From Vitrella brassicaformis CCMP3155 (taxonomy: Eukaryota; Protista; Chromerida): DNA of 64,000 nt. The stretch covers positions 62,001-126,000 of the forward strand of contig CDMY01000069.1 in the NCBI GenBank assembly GCA_001179505.1, in the 5' to 3' direction. Each line of letters opens with the position of its first letter. Position 1 is the first letter of the stretch. The notes under the pieces are model-generated. The model was not told the DNA's origin. It saw only the letters and a list, made by a program, of their open reading frames with translations, and did no database searches. Below, one piece after another: positions 49,413-60,847 of this stretch. The translations under genes and the position numbers were made by a program.

Positions 49413-49759
49413 CTTCTACACAACCCAATCAACACCTACAGCTACCTAACCTGCTGGCCAGAGGAGACGATTGCCGTCCGTCCGTCGGTCGGTCTGTCTG
49501 TCTGTGATGCTGAGAACTACCAGCCCTTCAGCAACCGCACAAACGCACACGGCTTCTCTGATGCTCCTGCTCTCTGTCTAATCCCAAACGCGATTCAACT
49601 GTCGGTGAAACAGATCGGCACAAGCTCGCGCAAGAAAAAGGGGGGGAAGGGTGCTCCCTGAAACCGCTGCTGCAGCACAAGAGAAGGCGCGATGACACGC
49701 AGATGGGCGTGGCAACAAGATGATGTGACCAACTGATTGATCGCAGGCCCATTGCCGAC
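49413..49759. promoter_or_regulatory. Divergent promoter spacer importin-beta / VPS26
   Basis: GTGAAAC 49605; AGCTCGCG 49623-49630; TGAAACCGCT 49659-49668. Confidence 0.6.
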
Positions 49760-52422
49760 ATGTCAGTGGTAAGTGCGGAGAGGGAGGGACAGGCAAAGAG
49801 GGCTTTCACAAGCAATCAGCTTGGGTCATCCATCCGATGTGTGTGTGTCTGTTGTGTGTGTATGTTAACACAGTTGAGTCAGATCTTCGGCAGCGGTTGT
49901 TCGCTGGAGGTTCAGTTTGACCATGAGCCTCAGCGCAAGATGGCGCCGCTGGGGAGGGACCGCAAGGGCGAAAAGGCACTTATCTACTCGGTATAGATCT
50001 AGGAAAGGGGAACGGAAGGAGGCCGTCAGTAAGTCAGTAGTGTGTGGTGTTGTGTCGTGTGCATGCCATGACCACCCCCCACCCCCCCACCCACCCTCCC
50101 TCCCCGTTGCTTTGTATGCATGCCACGCAGGATGGCGAGGATGTGTCGGGTAGTGCGATGGTGTCGATGAAGCCCGGCAAGAAGATCGACCACCAGGGGG
50201 TCAAAATCGAACTCATCGGACAAGTTGGTCAGTCACACGCTGCTTAGCTTACTGCACTGCCAGCCAGAGACGGCACCGCATGCCAGTCAGTCGGTCGGTC
50301 GCCGACATGTGCTGCTGCTGTGTGTGTGGTGTTGTGTTGTGTTGTGTTGTGGTGGATGGTGCAGACATGCTGTACGACCGGTCCAACTCATATGATTTTT
50401 TCTCTATCACCAAGGACCTCGAGCCGCCAGGTAGGGTAGGTTGCCTTGCCACGACCACACACTCAATCCGTCCCCCCGGTGACCTTGACGAATCGATACA
50501 TACATCGGATGAATGGTGTCTGTCTGTCTGTCTGTGGTGTCATTGTGTATCTCTTCTCTCCTGTGTGTGTGTGTCTGCAGGTACGTTGGTTGAGTCCAAG
50601 TCGTACAAGTGGAAGTTCAGCTCAGTCGACAAACAACACGAAACATACTACGGCATCAACGTCAGGCTCAGGTAGGGACATAGCTATACACGGGCACAGC
50701 ACACATGGGTACCGTAACTACCTACTCAGGCCAAGTGGCGCTCCTCATGTGCTGATGCCTGTCCTGTCTGTGTCGTGTGCTGTGCAGGTATCTGGTGCGC
50801 CTGACCATCGTCCGCAACTACGCCAGGTGGACAGGGGAGCAGGTCTCGGTGCTGTCACACGCCCGTCAGATGAGATGGCGGGTCTGTGGGTCTGTGGTGT
50901 GTTGTGGCCTGGTCTCTGTCGTTCAGCAACATTTTGAAGGAGATGGATTTCGTGGTGCAGAACCTGCAGCCCGCACCAGAAATCAACAACTCACTCAAAA
51001 TGGAGGTACGGACGGACGGACGCACTGATTGCACTCGTGGGGTGGCATGGGGTGTGTGCGCGAACCGACAGACAGACAGACAGACAGAGGCCAGGCAGGC
51101 AGCCAGCCACCTCACTTGGCTGACTGCCTGCCTGCCCATCACCCAGGCCAGGCACCCATCACATCAACCCACCATGTTGGTTGGTGGGTTGGTTGGTGGG
51201 TTGATGTGATGGGTGATTGATTACATTACGTGTGACTGTGACTGTGACTGTGTGTGTGTGAATGTGTGCACTGCACTGCCCATCACAGGTGGGCATAGAG
51301 GATTGTCTGCACATCGAGTTCGAGTACGACAAGACCAAATACCACCTCAAGGACGTCGTCGTCGGCAAGGTACGCTACGCATAACGTAAACTACTCACTC
51401 AGTCGGACAGACGGACGGACGGAGGCCGCGCCAGCCAACACCATGCTGCACGCCGTGGGTGGGCACATGCCATGCATGTGTCTGTCTGTCTGTGTGGCGC
51501 CTGCAGGTGTATTTCATGTTGGTTCGCATCAAGATCAAGCACATGGAGCTCGACATCATACGCAAGGAAACCACCGGATCCGGTAACCAACCAACTACAA
51601 TGAATGGGCTGGCTATGCATAGGATGGATGGCCTCATTGGAGCCTCCCATCCCATCATGCGGATGAAATAATGTATGTACGTATGTGGTGGGGTGGTCTG
51701 ATGGGTTGGTATGTATGGCTGGGTCGGGCCAGGCAACAGCGGTACCAGTGACAGCGAGACGATATCCAAGTTCGAAATCATGGACGGCGCACCTGTCAGA
51801 TGTACGTACGCACGCACCAAACAACGCTGGCCTGGCCTGGCATGCATTCACCTACTGACTGACTGACTGACGTAATGAATGAATGACATGACCCACACAC
51901 TCATTTCATACCCCGCCCTCCCTCCTACCTCCCCCCCTCGCGCGCTCTCTCTCTCTGTGTGTGTGTGTGTCATTTCAGCTGAGTGCATCCCCGTCCGTCT
52001 GTATCTGAGTGGGTTCGACCTCACCCCCACTTACAGAAATGTACAGGTACGTACCTACCGTACGTGTGGACACAGGGAGATGTGCCACACACGCGTAAAT
52101 GAAAGCAATGTATCACTTGGATGGATGGATGCATTGGTGCGCTTGTCTGGCTGTCCAGAACAAGTTTTCGGTCAAGTACTTTCTCAATCTGGTGCTGGTG
52201 GACGAGGAGGACAGGAGGTCAGACACACACACACACACACAGCGCCAGGCATGGAGACATCACACCACACAACACCGGTGTGCACTGCACTGCACTGACT
52301 GCGCTGCATCGCTGCCTCACGTCTGTGTATCTGTGTGGCTCCCTACCTCCCTACCTCCGTCCGTCGCACACAGGTACTTCAAGCAGCAAGAGATCGTCCT
52401 ATGGCGCAAAAAAATCGGCTGA
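49760..52422 (+). CDS. VPS26: VPS26 retromer subunit
   Basis: [16 protein letters not shown]; [18 protein letters not shown]; [35 protein letters not shown]; [11 protein letters not shown]; [32 protein letters not shown]. Confidence 0.97.
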
Positions 52423-53212
52423 CGCACTGCAGTGCAGTCACTGCACTGCCTCACCGACTGAGTGACTGAGGGGCCGACAGCCGCAGTGCCCACGGTGTTA
52501 ACATAACAGACCTGACAGCGGTTGATTGTGCAGACATACATGCAGACAGACATTCGTATACTGACTGACAGTCTGTGTGACGTACGTAAGGCGAGACGGA
52601 CGGAGGCGCGACCCCTGGTGGTGCCTGTGTAGGTAGGTCTTTCCGCTGCTGCCTTATCTGTCTTGTTGTAGTGCTGGAGGCCGAGCTGGTGCGCGATCTC
52701 CTTCCGTGTCCACCCGCATGGATGGAGTTGCCGCACTTGTTCGGAAAGTGACCCTACCACGAGACAAGGAAGGTGCCTGGCGGTGCGGCGCATCCATCCA
52801 TCCATGTTGGGATCCATGTTGGTTGGAGTCCGTTGGTGTGTGAGTGTCTTTATTTGTCCATGTCAGTCAGTCGGTGAGTGAGTGAAGGCACAGATGACTG
52901 AATCAATGAATGAATCTTGGCTGATTGAACGTTCATGTCACATGTATGTCCACCATAGCTATATATGACCGACGGAAGTCTGTCCGCACTCTGTATGAAT
53001 AAATGCCAGCACCAGCGAACTAGTGCAATCAATGCACCGGTGATGCATACGTCGATCGACATGTGCACTGCAGTGCACGCAGCGCATGCAGCAAGGCACG
53101 GCACGTCAACCTCCAGCTAGCTATGTAAAGCTGGTGCCTGCATGCACCGCACCGCACCCAGACCATCCATCGATATCCATCCATCTGCCGATCGGCCCTT
53201 GGCGTGTCTCAC

Positions 53213-54875
53213 TCATATCTTGGAGAGTATGTTTGCAGCCCGTTGTGGGATAGTGTGTCCCTCCGGCCAGAAGTGAGTGTACCAGTGCTTGGCGATCTCG
53301 CGCCTCCGGCACACCCACACCCCCTCGTGCTTGCCAATGTACTCCAGGAACCGCTGAAGGCCGACCATGCGGCCGGGGCGACCTGCACACACAGTAGAGC
53401 CATACAGGCGACACACGCTGACACAGAGATGGAAGAAATGGTGCGGGGGCGGTTTGTACTCACCGACGAGTCTGCAGTGCAGTCCGATGGACATCATCTT
53501 TGGTGCCGTCTTGCCCTCCTCATACAGATAGTCGAACGCATCCTGGCCGGCGGGTGAGGTGACATGCATGAAGCAGAAACAGCAGCGAGGGAGGGAGGGA
53601 ATGCGATGCGGGGGGTGCGGTGCGGTGCGGGTCAATCTGTCTGTCTGTGTGGCTGTCTGTGACCTGCCTTTCTCTTCAAACTCACCTTGAGATAGATGAA
53701 GAACTGCTCGCTCGTGTGAAACCCCTGACCACCAATCCAATCCAATCCGTGCATGCAGAGATCCGATCCAGACAGACAGCCGCACAGACAGACACAGACA
53801 CCCCCTCCTCCCTCCCTCGCAGGGCAGGGCCGGGCAGGCCCGGCCTACCCACATGTCTATCTATCGATCACATATCCCTCCCTCCCTCCCTACCTCCCGA
53901 CGTACCTGTGCGGTAGCGAATTTCATGTCGTTGTTGTCTAGTGTGTATGGAATGATGAGATGCGGCCGTCCGTAATCCAGGTTCCAGTACGGCAGATCAT
54001 CGCTGTAGGCGTCGTTGTCATAGAGGAACCCGCCCTCCTCCACCACATATCGCCGCGTGTTCTGGTTGGGCTTGCCCTGACCAGACCGACCAATCAATGC
54101 ATTCATTCAGTCACGGACAGACAGACAGACAGACAGACAGACCGACCGACAGACAGGTACGCGCAAACACACATCACACATCCATGTGTGACGTGATCCA
54201 TGCATAGCATAACGCGCCCCTTGCCTGGTACATGCCACATGGCCTCTCGCCGGTGATGCTTTCCTGGATGGCCACGCACTTCTGGATGTGGTCCCGCTCT
54301 GTGGCCTCGTCGACGTGCTGGTAGTCAATCCACCGGTGACCATGCGATGCGATCTCCCAGCCAGATGACACCTGCACCCCCCATACAAACAAACGGACTG
54401 ACACGTAGGTATACACACGGCACGGCAGCAATAGCAGCTCCTCACCCACCATTGCTTTGGCGGCGTCCGGGTTGTCTTGGAGAGCCTTCGAGCATGCATA
54501 GACTGTGACAGGCATGCCGTACTGATTGAAGAGCCGGTGGAGGCGCCAGAAGCCCGCCCTGCTACCATACTCGTACAGGCTCTCCATGTTCATGTGGCGC
54601 TGGCCCTCGTAGGGCGCCGCACCCACGATGTCACTCAGAAGATGCTCGCTCTGCTTGTCACCATTCAGCAGACAGTTCTCCGCACCTGCACGCGGGAACC
54701 ACACCAACATTAATGCATTGCTCCCAGCTGGCTAGCACCTCTGCATTGCATACGTACCTTCTTCATAGTTGATGACGAAGCTGACGGCCACCCTGGCGCT
54801 GCGCGGCCACTTGGGGTGGGGCGGGTGCTGCCCATAGCCAACCAAATCACGCGGAGGACCCTCATTTGAAGCCAT
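53213..54875 (-). CDS. puuE: PuuE-type (polysaccharide-deacetylase fold) metal-independent allantoinase
   Basis: PRDLVGYGQHPPHPKWP...VAVSFVINYEEGAENCLLNGDKQSEHLLSDIVGA; ESLYEYGSRAGFWRL; WEIASHGHRW; YSDDLPYW; IPYTLDNNDMKF; PKMMSIGLHCRLVGRPGR; VWVCRRREIAKHW. Six or more spliceosomal introns. Confidence 0.92.
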
Positions 54876-55204
54876 GAATCAGACCTGTGCAGAACGCTCT
54901 CTGCAGAAGATGCGAAGCGAATCGAAGATAGATCTGCCTTTAAAGAGGGAAACCTGGGCCTTCACGATCCTAAGCTCGCAATCTTTGCGCGATTCCGTGA
55001 AACCGCTCTCCCTTTGCGAGCTGGCGCCGCCGAAAGGGAGATTTTGTTCGGCGACTATCTATCTTGAGAGGAAGCAAGCAGCTTATGCACGAGCATAAAT
55101 TGGAGAACGGCGAGCTTCTGCCTTTCTCGGGTCGAGAAGAGGCAATGGCATGGTGATCTGTGACCGGTTTTGCAATTGGGTTTGCGGATGTGGCGCTGAG
55201 GATC
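54876..55204. promoter_or_regulatory. Divergent promoter spacer puuE / WD40
   Basis: AGATCT 54930; AGCTCGCA 54973; TGAAACCGCT 54998; TGCGAGCT 55015; GCGAGCT 55110. Confidence 0.6.
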
Positions 55205-58200
55205 ATGTCGGCTCACCACCAGCGAACCAATCTGCCCGAAACACTGCGGGTTGAGACGCCACACGAGTCCTACACGATATTCCGCTCCACCACCGACGCC
55301 CTGGGTGCATCGTCCCGGTCTGGCGGCGGCGGCGGTTCGCGACGCATTATAGCGGATGCGACGACCAAGAAGAACGGAGCGGCCTACCTGGCCGTGAACC
55401 GGCAAGACCACGAGATACTCGTCATCGAACTCCATCCACTGCAGCAAAAGAGGTGGGTGAGGGACAGTCAGTGGCGGCAGACCCTGGACGCACTGTGGAC
55501 GGACGACGCAGATCAGATGCATGGACAGACAGACAGACAGACAAGTGCATATCTATCTGGGTTTGTTTGTGTGCATATATACAACACACACAGGTATGGC
55601 AGGGTGGAGGTTGAGCGTGGTGCGGTCTTCACTGCTGTGGCTTTCTGTCACATCGCCGCCAACAAGCACAACACGCTGGAACTCCTCGTGGGCCTCAACG
55701 ACGGGGCGGTGGCCATCTACACTGAGCAGCCCCCCGCCCTCTCCTCTCGCGACCTCCGACTCGACACCGAAGCGGCGCAGAACGGCCACTCCTCCCCACC
55801 CAAGCAGCAGCAGCAGCAGCAGCAGCCCGAGGAGGCAGTGTTCACGTGCTCGGTGTTCATCGGACGTGACAAGTTCCCTCCCCGGCCGCCTCCGCCAGCG
55901 TCTGCAGTTCCTGCGATGCCGTCGTACGGCACGCTGCCGACGGCTTTTCCCTTTGCGGTCATCGCCGCAGCATTCAACCCCGTCTGCAGCGACCTGTTTA
56001 TGTGTGCCACCAGCAGCGGCTTTATCTGGGAATTCCATCGCAACTTTGGGACCTGCTCCGCCGACGGGCTGCGTGCATTGGCCCCCGAGCTGAGCGAGGA
56101 CCGCGGGGCTGCCAACGTGGAGGTGCCGAGCGCTGTGCCAGCCAAGGAGACCGTGCCCTATGCCGCACGGCCATCGTCGGGCGCCTCGTCCAGCTCCTCG
56201 AGCAGCTCCTCATCTAACCACCATGTCCAAGCAGGAGGCACTCCCACTGTCACTGTCGGCAGCCAGCAACAGCAACCTGCACCGCCACCACAAGAGCAAC
56301 CACCCGAGAAGCGCAGCACCACTAGCCGTGGGTTGAGCCCCAGGAGGAGGAAGGGCTCCGGACAGCAGGCCACCACCGGCACCGCCAGCGAGGCGGCGGA
56401 TGCCGAGGACCCCGTGAGCATTGAGGCCCTCACCGGGTCCCTCACCCGCCTATCTGAGGACAAGCACGAGAAGCTGCCCCTCGACCCCCACAACTACGCC
56501 ACCTTCGCCGAGGTGTCGCCCCACAAGCTGCCGGGCTACTGGGTCGACCCATCAAGGGCCTCTGAGACGGTGCAGCGGCTGCAGAGGATATTCGAGGCGC
56601 GGGAGGAGCTCTTCTGTCCCATGAGGGTGGGCAAAGCGGGCGCAGGGGGGCACGCCGAACACAGGAGCCCATACAGACCCTCTAATCCCTTTGGACGATG
56701 GGACGTATGCACAGAGAAACACCCGGTGAGGGCGGTGAGCGAGCCAGTCAGTCAGCCAGTCAGCAAAAGACACATACACACATACGAATGAATGTACCTT
56801 CACGTACCACCTCTCCATACAGTACATTTATCTGTTTGTGTGTATATGTACCATCATGAATATCTATCAGTTTCGGAAGTCGCTGGCGCCTACGATATCT
56901 GCTGTGGCCTTTTCGCCAGACGGTCGGCAGCTGGCATGCGCCACCAGCCAGGGGGGCACGCGGGTCTTCTCGTACCCCATCGGGAAGGCCCTGCTGCTCG
57001 TCCGCAGCAGCTACGGGGCGGGCCTCTGCCTCCAGTGGACACCCGACTCGAAACTGCTTCTCATCGGTATGTGATAGGATAAGATGAGATACGATGGATG
57101 GAAGCAAAGCCACGGACTGGACTCGTTGTTAATTGCTGTTCCGATGGATTAATGTGTGCCATATACATAGGTGGTGAGGATGACTGCATCAGTGTGGTAG
57201 ATGTGCCGAGCCAGCAGCTGCTGGCCAGGTGTGTGGGTCACAACGCATGGGTCAAGGCCATCGCCATGGCGCCCATCCCACCACCTACACCACCCTTCCC
57301 ATCACCCAGACAGTCCAAAGACTCCACACTCTCATCGCAAGACGAACGATGGAGCGCACTGCAGTCACCTGGTCAGCCACCAACACCAACAAGTGGATAC
57401 ATCTGTACGACGGTGTTTTGTGTGTGTGTCTTGCGCTGCTGTACGCTATGCAGGTGTGCGTCATCTGGGTGCCTGGGAGGGCGGCGCATCCCGCTGCTCG
57501 TCCGAGAACCTGGACCCCCCTCCCAACGCACCCCCGTCTCCCCCGCCCCCACCCCCACCACCACCCGAACATGGCATCCCCAACAGCAGCAGCGAGATGG
57601 TCGTCGAGGAGATGCCAAACATCGACAGGCCACTGCGGATGAAATCATCGCCTGGCAGCGGGGGCTCATCGAGGAGGGGCAGCGGCGGTGGGTCCGTCGC
57701 AGGAGTGGTTTCTCCATCCTACTACTCGTTCCTGTCGACCGGTGAGGATGCACGGATGCTCTTCTGGGAGGTGTCTCGTGAGACTCTACTGGCCAGTGCC
57801 GCCAATGCTCTTCCCAAGCTGCCTCCCTCTCGATTCAGTGGCCAGCAGCGGTCCGGCCCCCCATCCCCAGTGCCGCCGACAGCCAACCCTTCCCCTCCAG
57901 TCATGATTGTGCCCCCCGCCATCAGCCAGCAGCCCACTCAGACAACAAACAGCAACGCCTCTGTGGGTGGTGCGTCTCAAAGGCCCACCAGTCGCTTCAA
58001 GAGTGCCTTCAGCTTCGGTGCTCGTCGTGGGTCGGTGGACAAGCTCTCAGCGGGCACCAGCCCCGTCATCACCAGCCCTGGCGTGTCGCCGAGACACAAC
58101 AGCACCCACACCACACACAGGGGGAGTGCGGCTGCCGGCGGTGGTGCCAGTTCGTCTGCTGGCACGAGTGGTGGGAGTGGGTTGGTGCCTGAGATCGGTC

Positions 58201-58463
58201 CGTTGGCGCACACGAACAGCAGTGTCGAGGAGGTTCGGCCCGTGTGCATGAGCCGCCGGGGGAGGGACCCTGTGGAAAGGGCCTACTACTTCCCTCAGGT
58301 GGCGTCGACGACTGTGTATTGGAGCAAGACGCCGATAGTGGGTGGCAGGTGGATAGTGCTGCTTGACGGCTGCAAGACCATGAAGGTGTACGTGCGGGTG
58401 CTGGGGGACGGCTCTGTGCCATGGATCGACCGGCTGCAAGCCAACCCGACTGACGACGACTGA
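55205..58463 (+). CDS. WD40 protein, WDR20/DMWD/CreC-like, with long low-complexity inserts
   Basis: NPFGRW; TISAVAFSPDGRQLA; SSYGAGLCLQWTPDSKLLLIGGEDDCISV; ARCVGHNAWVKAIA; LSTGEDARMLFWE. Poly-Q/S/P inserts. Confidence 0.8.
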
Positions 58464-59079
58464 TATGCATGTATGTATGCATGCATATGCATGTGTGGAT
58501 GGATGAATGCATTGATGCATTCATGGAAGCTCAAGGGCAAGTGGTGGGGGCTGCCAGGTAGAGAGAGATCTTCGTTTGCTAGATAGATAAGAAAGATGCA
58601 CGTGTGCCGAGACCTTCAGTCTCAGAATCGTCCCATCCAGTCAGTCAGTCAGTCAGTCGGTCCACATACATTTGCACACCTATACAGCACAGCCAGCCTC
58701 ATACGTCGACACACGCAGGCAGCGATAAACCCCCACCAATCCAAACACACCAGCAAAATCCCATGGGATGCATGTCGGTCGGTGTAGACTGTCCAGACTG
58801 GCTGTACAAACATGGTCTTGGTATACCATTGTGTATGTATGAAATGAATGAACCCCATGCCCGGATAATGCATTGGATGGTGGGGATGGCATGCACCCAT
58901 TCATCCATCCAGCCATCCGTCCACCATCGCCACATGACATGCACACATGTCATCGATGGATGGAGGCCAGGCCCACTGACAATCAGCGGGCGGCCGGACC
59001 CGTCACCCCTCGTCTCTCTCCGGAGCATGTATGCAATGCGTCCGTCCGTCTGTCTGTCTGTCTGTCTGTCATCAGTCAG

Positions 59080-60523
59080 CTATATGTTGACGACGTCCAA
59101 CCCAGCTTCCCTCCGCCTCTCCACATCCTGAATCAGCGACGACCAGATAGGGGCACCCACCTGCATCACACACACACACACACATACAGTGTCGAGTGAG
59201 TCCCTGTAGATATTCTCCGCCTGTGTGTCTGGTGAGGATTCGCCGTATGAGTGAGTGAGTGAGTGTCTCAGTTGGTCCCTACCTTCCTCGTCCCCACGCG
59301 TCCGTTCTTCTTTATGACTATGAGGAGTCCGTCATCTATCGGGTTCAGCTTTTGCTTCTCAGCAGTCACCAACTCACTCTGCAAACAGGGATACATACAC
59401 AGACAGCGCGCAGCGGGTGGAGAAGCTTCTTTCGTGCACATGTATGCGTGTCGACATGACTGACATACATACCTGCAGGGTATCAATCCATTGATTGAAC
59501 CCGAAAGGCAGAGCCACATGTGGCTGACCCTCCCTGAATCAGTGAAGAGCCGACGAGTGGGTCCATAATTCTCTTGGTTGCTTGGTTGCTGCCGCACACC
59601 TGCTTTCTAGGTCGGATTGCAGGTTGAAGAGGGTAGCTATCCTGGGCCCGTCGGTGATCCTCTCGGCATTGAGCTCGTCTCCTGTCTGGCCAATCACGAG
59701 CGGCACCACCAACAGGTCATTGGCCAGCAACTCACTACTCACAGGCACCGCTGAGTCCAACGACCTCTGCACGGCCTCTTTGCCTCCCAGGACAATGGCA
59801 ACCCGCTTCTCCCTCCCTCGCCGCCGCCTCAGGTCGGCCAGGCTCACCACATTCGAGTCGTCCGCCATCTGCAGCTGCAGCTGCACGCACAGCAAGATCA
59901 GACAACAAGAGGACATGGCGGTTCGTGTAAAGGTGGATTCGTGGCGTCTTGCCCACCCCGAGTGCGGCCAGTTTGGCCCCCTGCGATATGCGTTCGTATC
60001 GTGAGTTCTGCGATATGAGGTCTCGACGCCACAGGAAGGCTATCACTGCTATCGCGGCGACATCGATGGCCAGGTTCCTGCTGGCCTCGGGCAAAAGCTC
60101 CACGTTGATGCCCGACAGTGCAGCAATGGTCTGTGTGAGCGCCACGAGCCCACTCACCGCCGCACCAGCTGCATGGCATACAGGCAGAGAGGCATGTGTG
60201 CAAGGATCCATTCAGCACCGCCCGCCGTCGCCTCGTGTTTGTTCACGTGTTGCGATGACTCTCTTTCTTCTCTTACCTGCGCCGGCGATATACAGGGCGA
60301 AGCGCACTTTCCTGAACGGACTCTCCACCTCCTCCCTCAGCTTCGTCATCATCTCTTGGCCCTCGTCAGCCATCCTCAACGGACGATGTGAATGAGACGG
60401 CCGCCGGGGGCCTGGCAGCCTTGTTGGCTTTAGAAACAACGCCGAGGAAGACCTCTGCAGCGGTATGGTTGCTGAAAGCGCTTCATTAGCAGACAAGCAG
60501 ACAACAAGCACCAACGTCCACAT
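59080..60523 (-). CDS. LPA1-like (DUF3493) thylakoid PSII assembly factor, plastid-targeted
   Basis: Signal peptide MWTLVLVVCLSANEALS plus basic transit peptide. KLREEVESPFRKVRFALY (DUF3493-like), two TM segments ending NLAIDVAAIAVIAFLWRRD, RYERISQGAKLAAL, VSLADLR...RVAIVLGG, IVIKKNGRVGTRKVG. Confidence 0.75.
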
Positions 60524-60847
60524 GATGCAAAGTTTCGCCAGATCTTTCAAACTCAAGGAGCCGCCTGCCGCAACTGCCAGTGGCGTCAGGCCGCCAGATC
60601 CTCGACGAATATCCGCGAGCTCGTCTGCGCAGGCAGCGGTTTCATGGAGCACCCCAGGCGGTTTGACGCAGAAGAGGCAAGGAGCTGTGAAGAAGGCAGG
60701 AGCTGGTACCATCTGGAGGTACGTTTTCTCCTGATGCGTCCGTCTGCCTATGAATTAAGCCATTGCAGCTCTTCGTGTGTGTGATGTGTGTGTGTGTGTG
60801 TGTGAATGGCAGGGTCCGCAGCACTGAGCTGAAATCAATTGGCTGAG
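60524..60847. promoter_or_regulatory. Divergent promoter spacer LPA1-like / CPBP-EF
   Basis: AGATCT 60540; CGCGAGCT 60614-60621; AGCGGTTTCA (reverse complement of TGAAACCGCT) 60635-60644. Confidence 0.6.
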
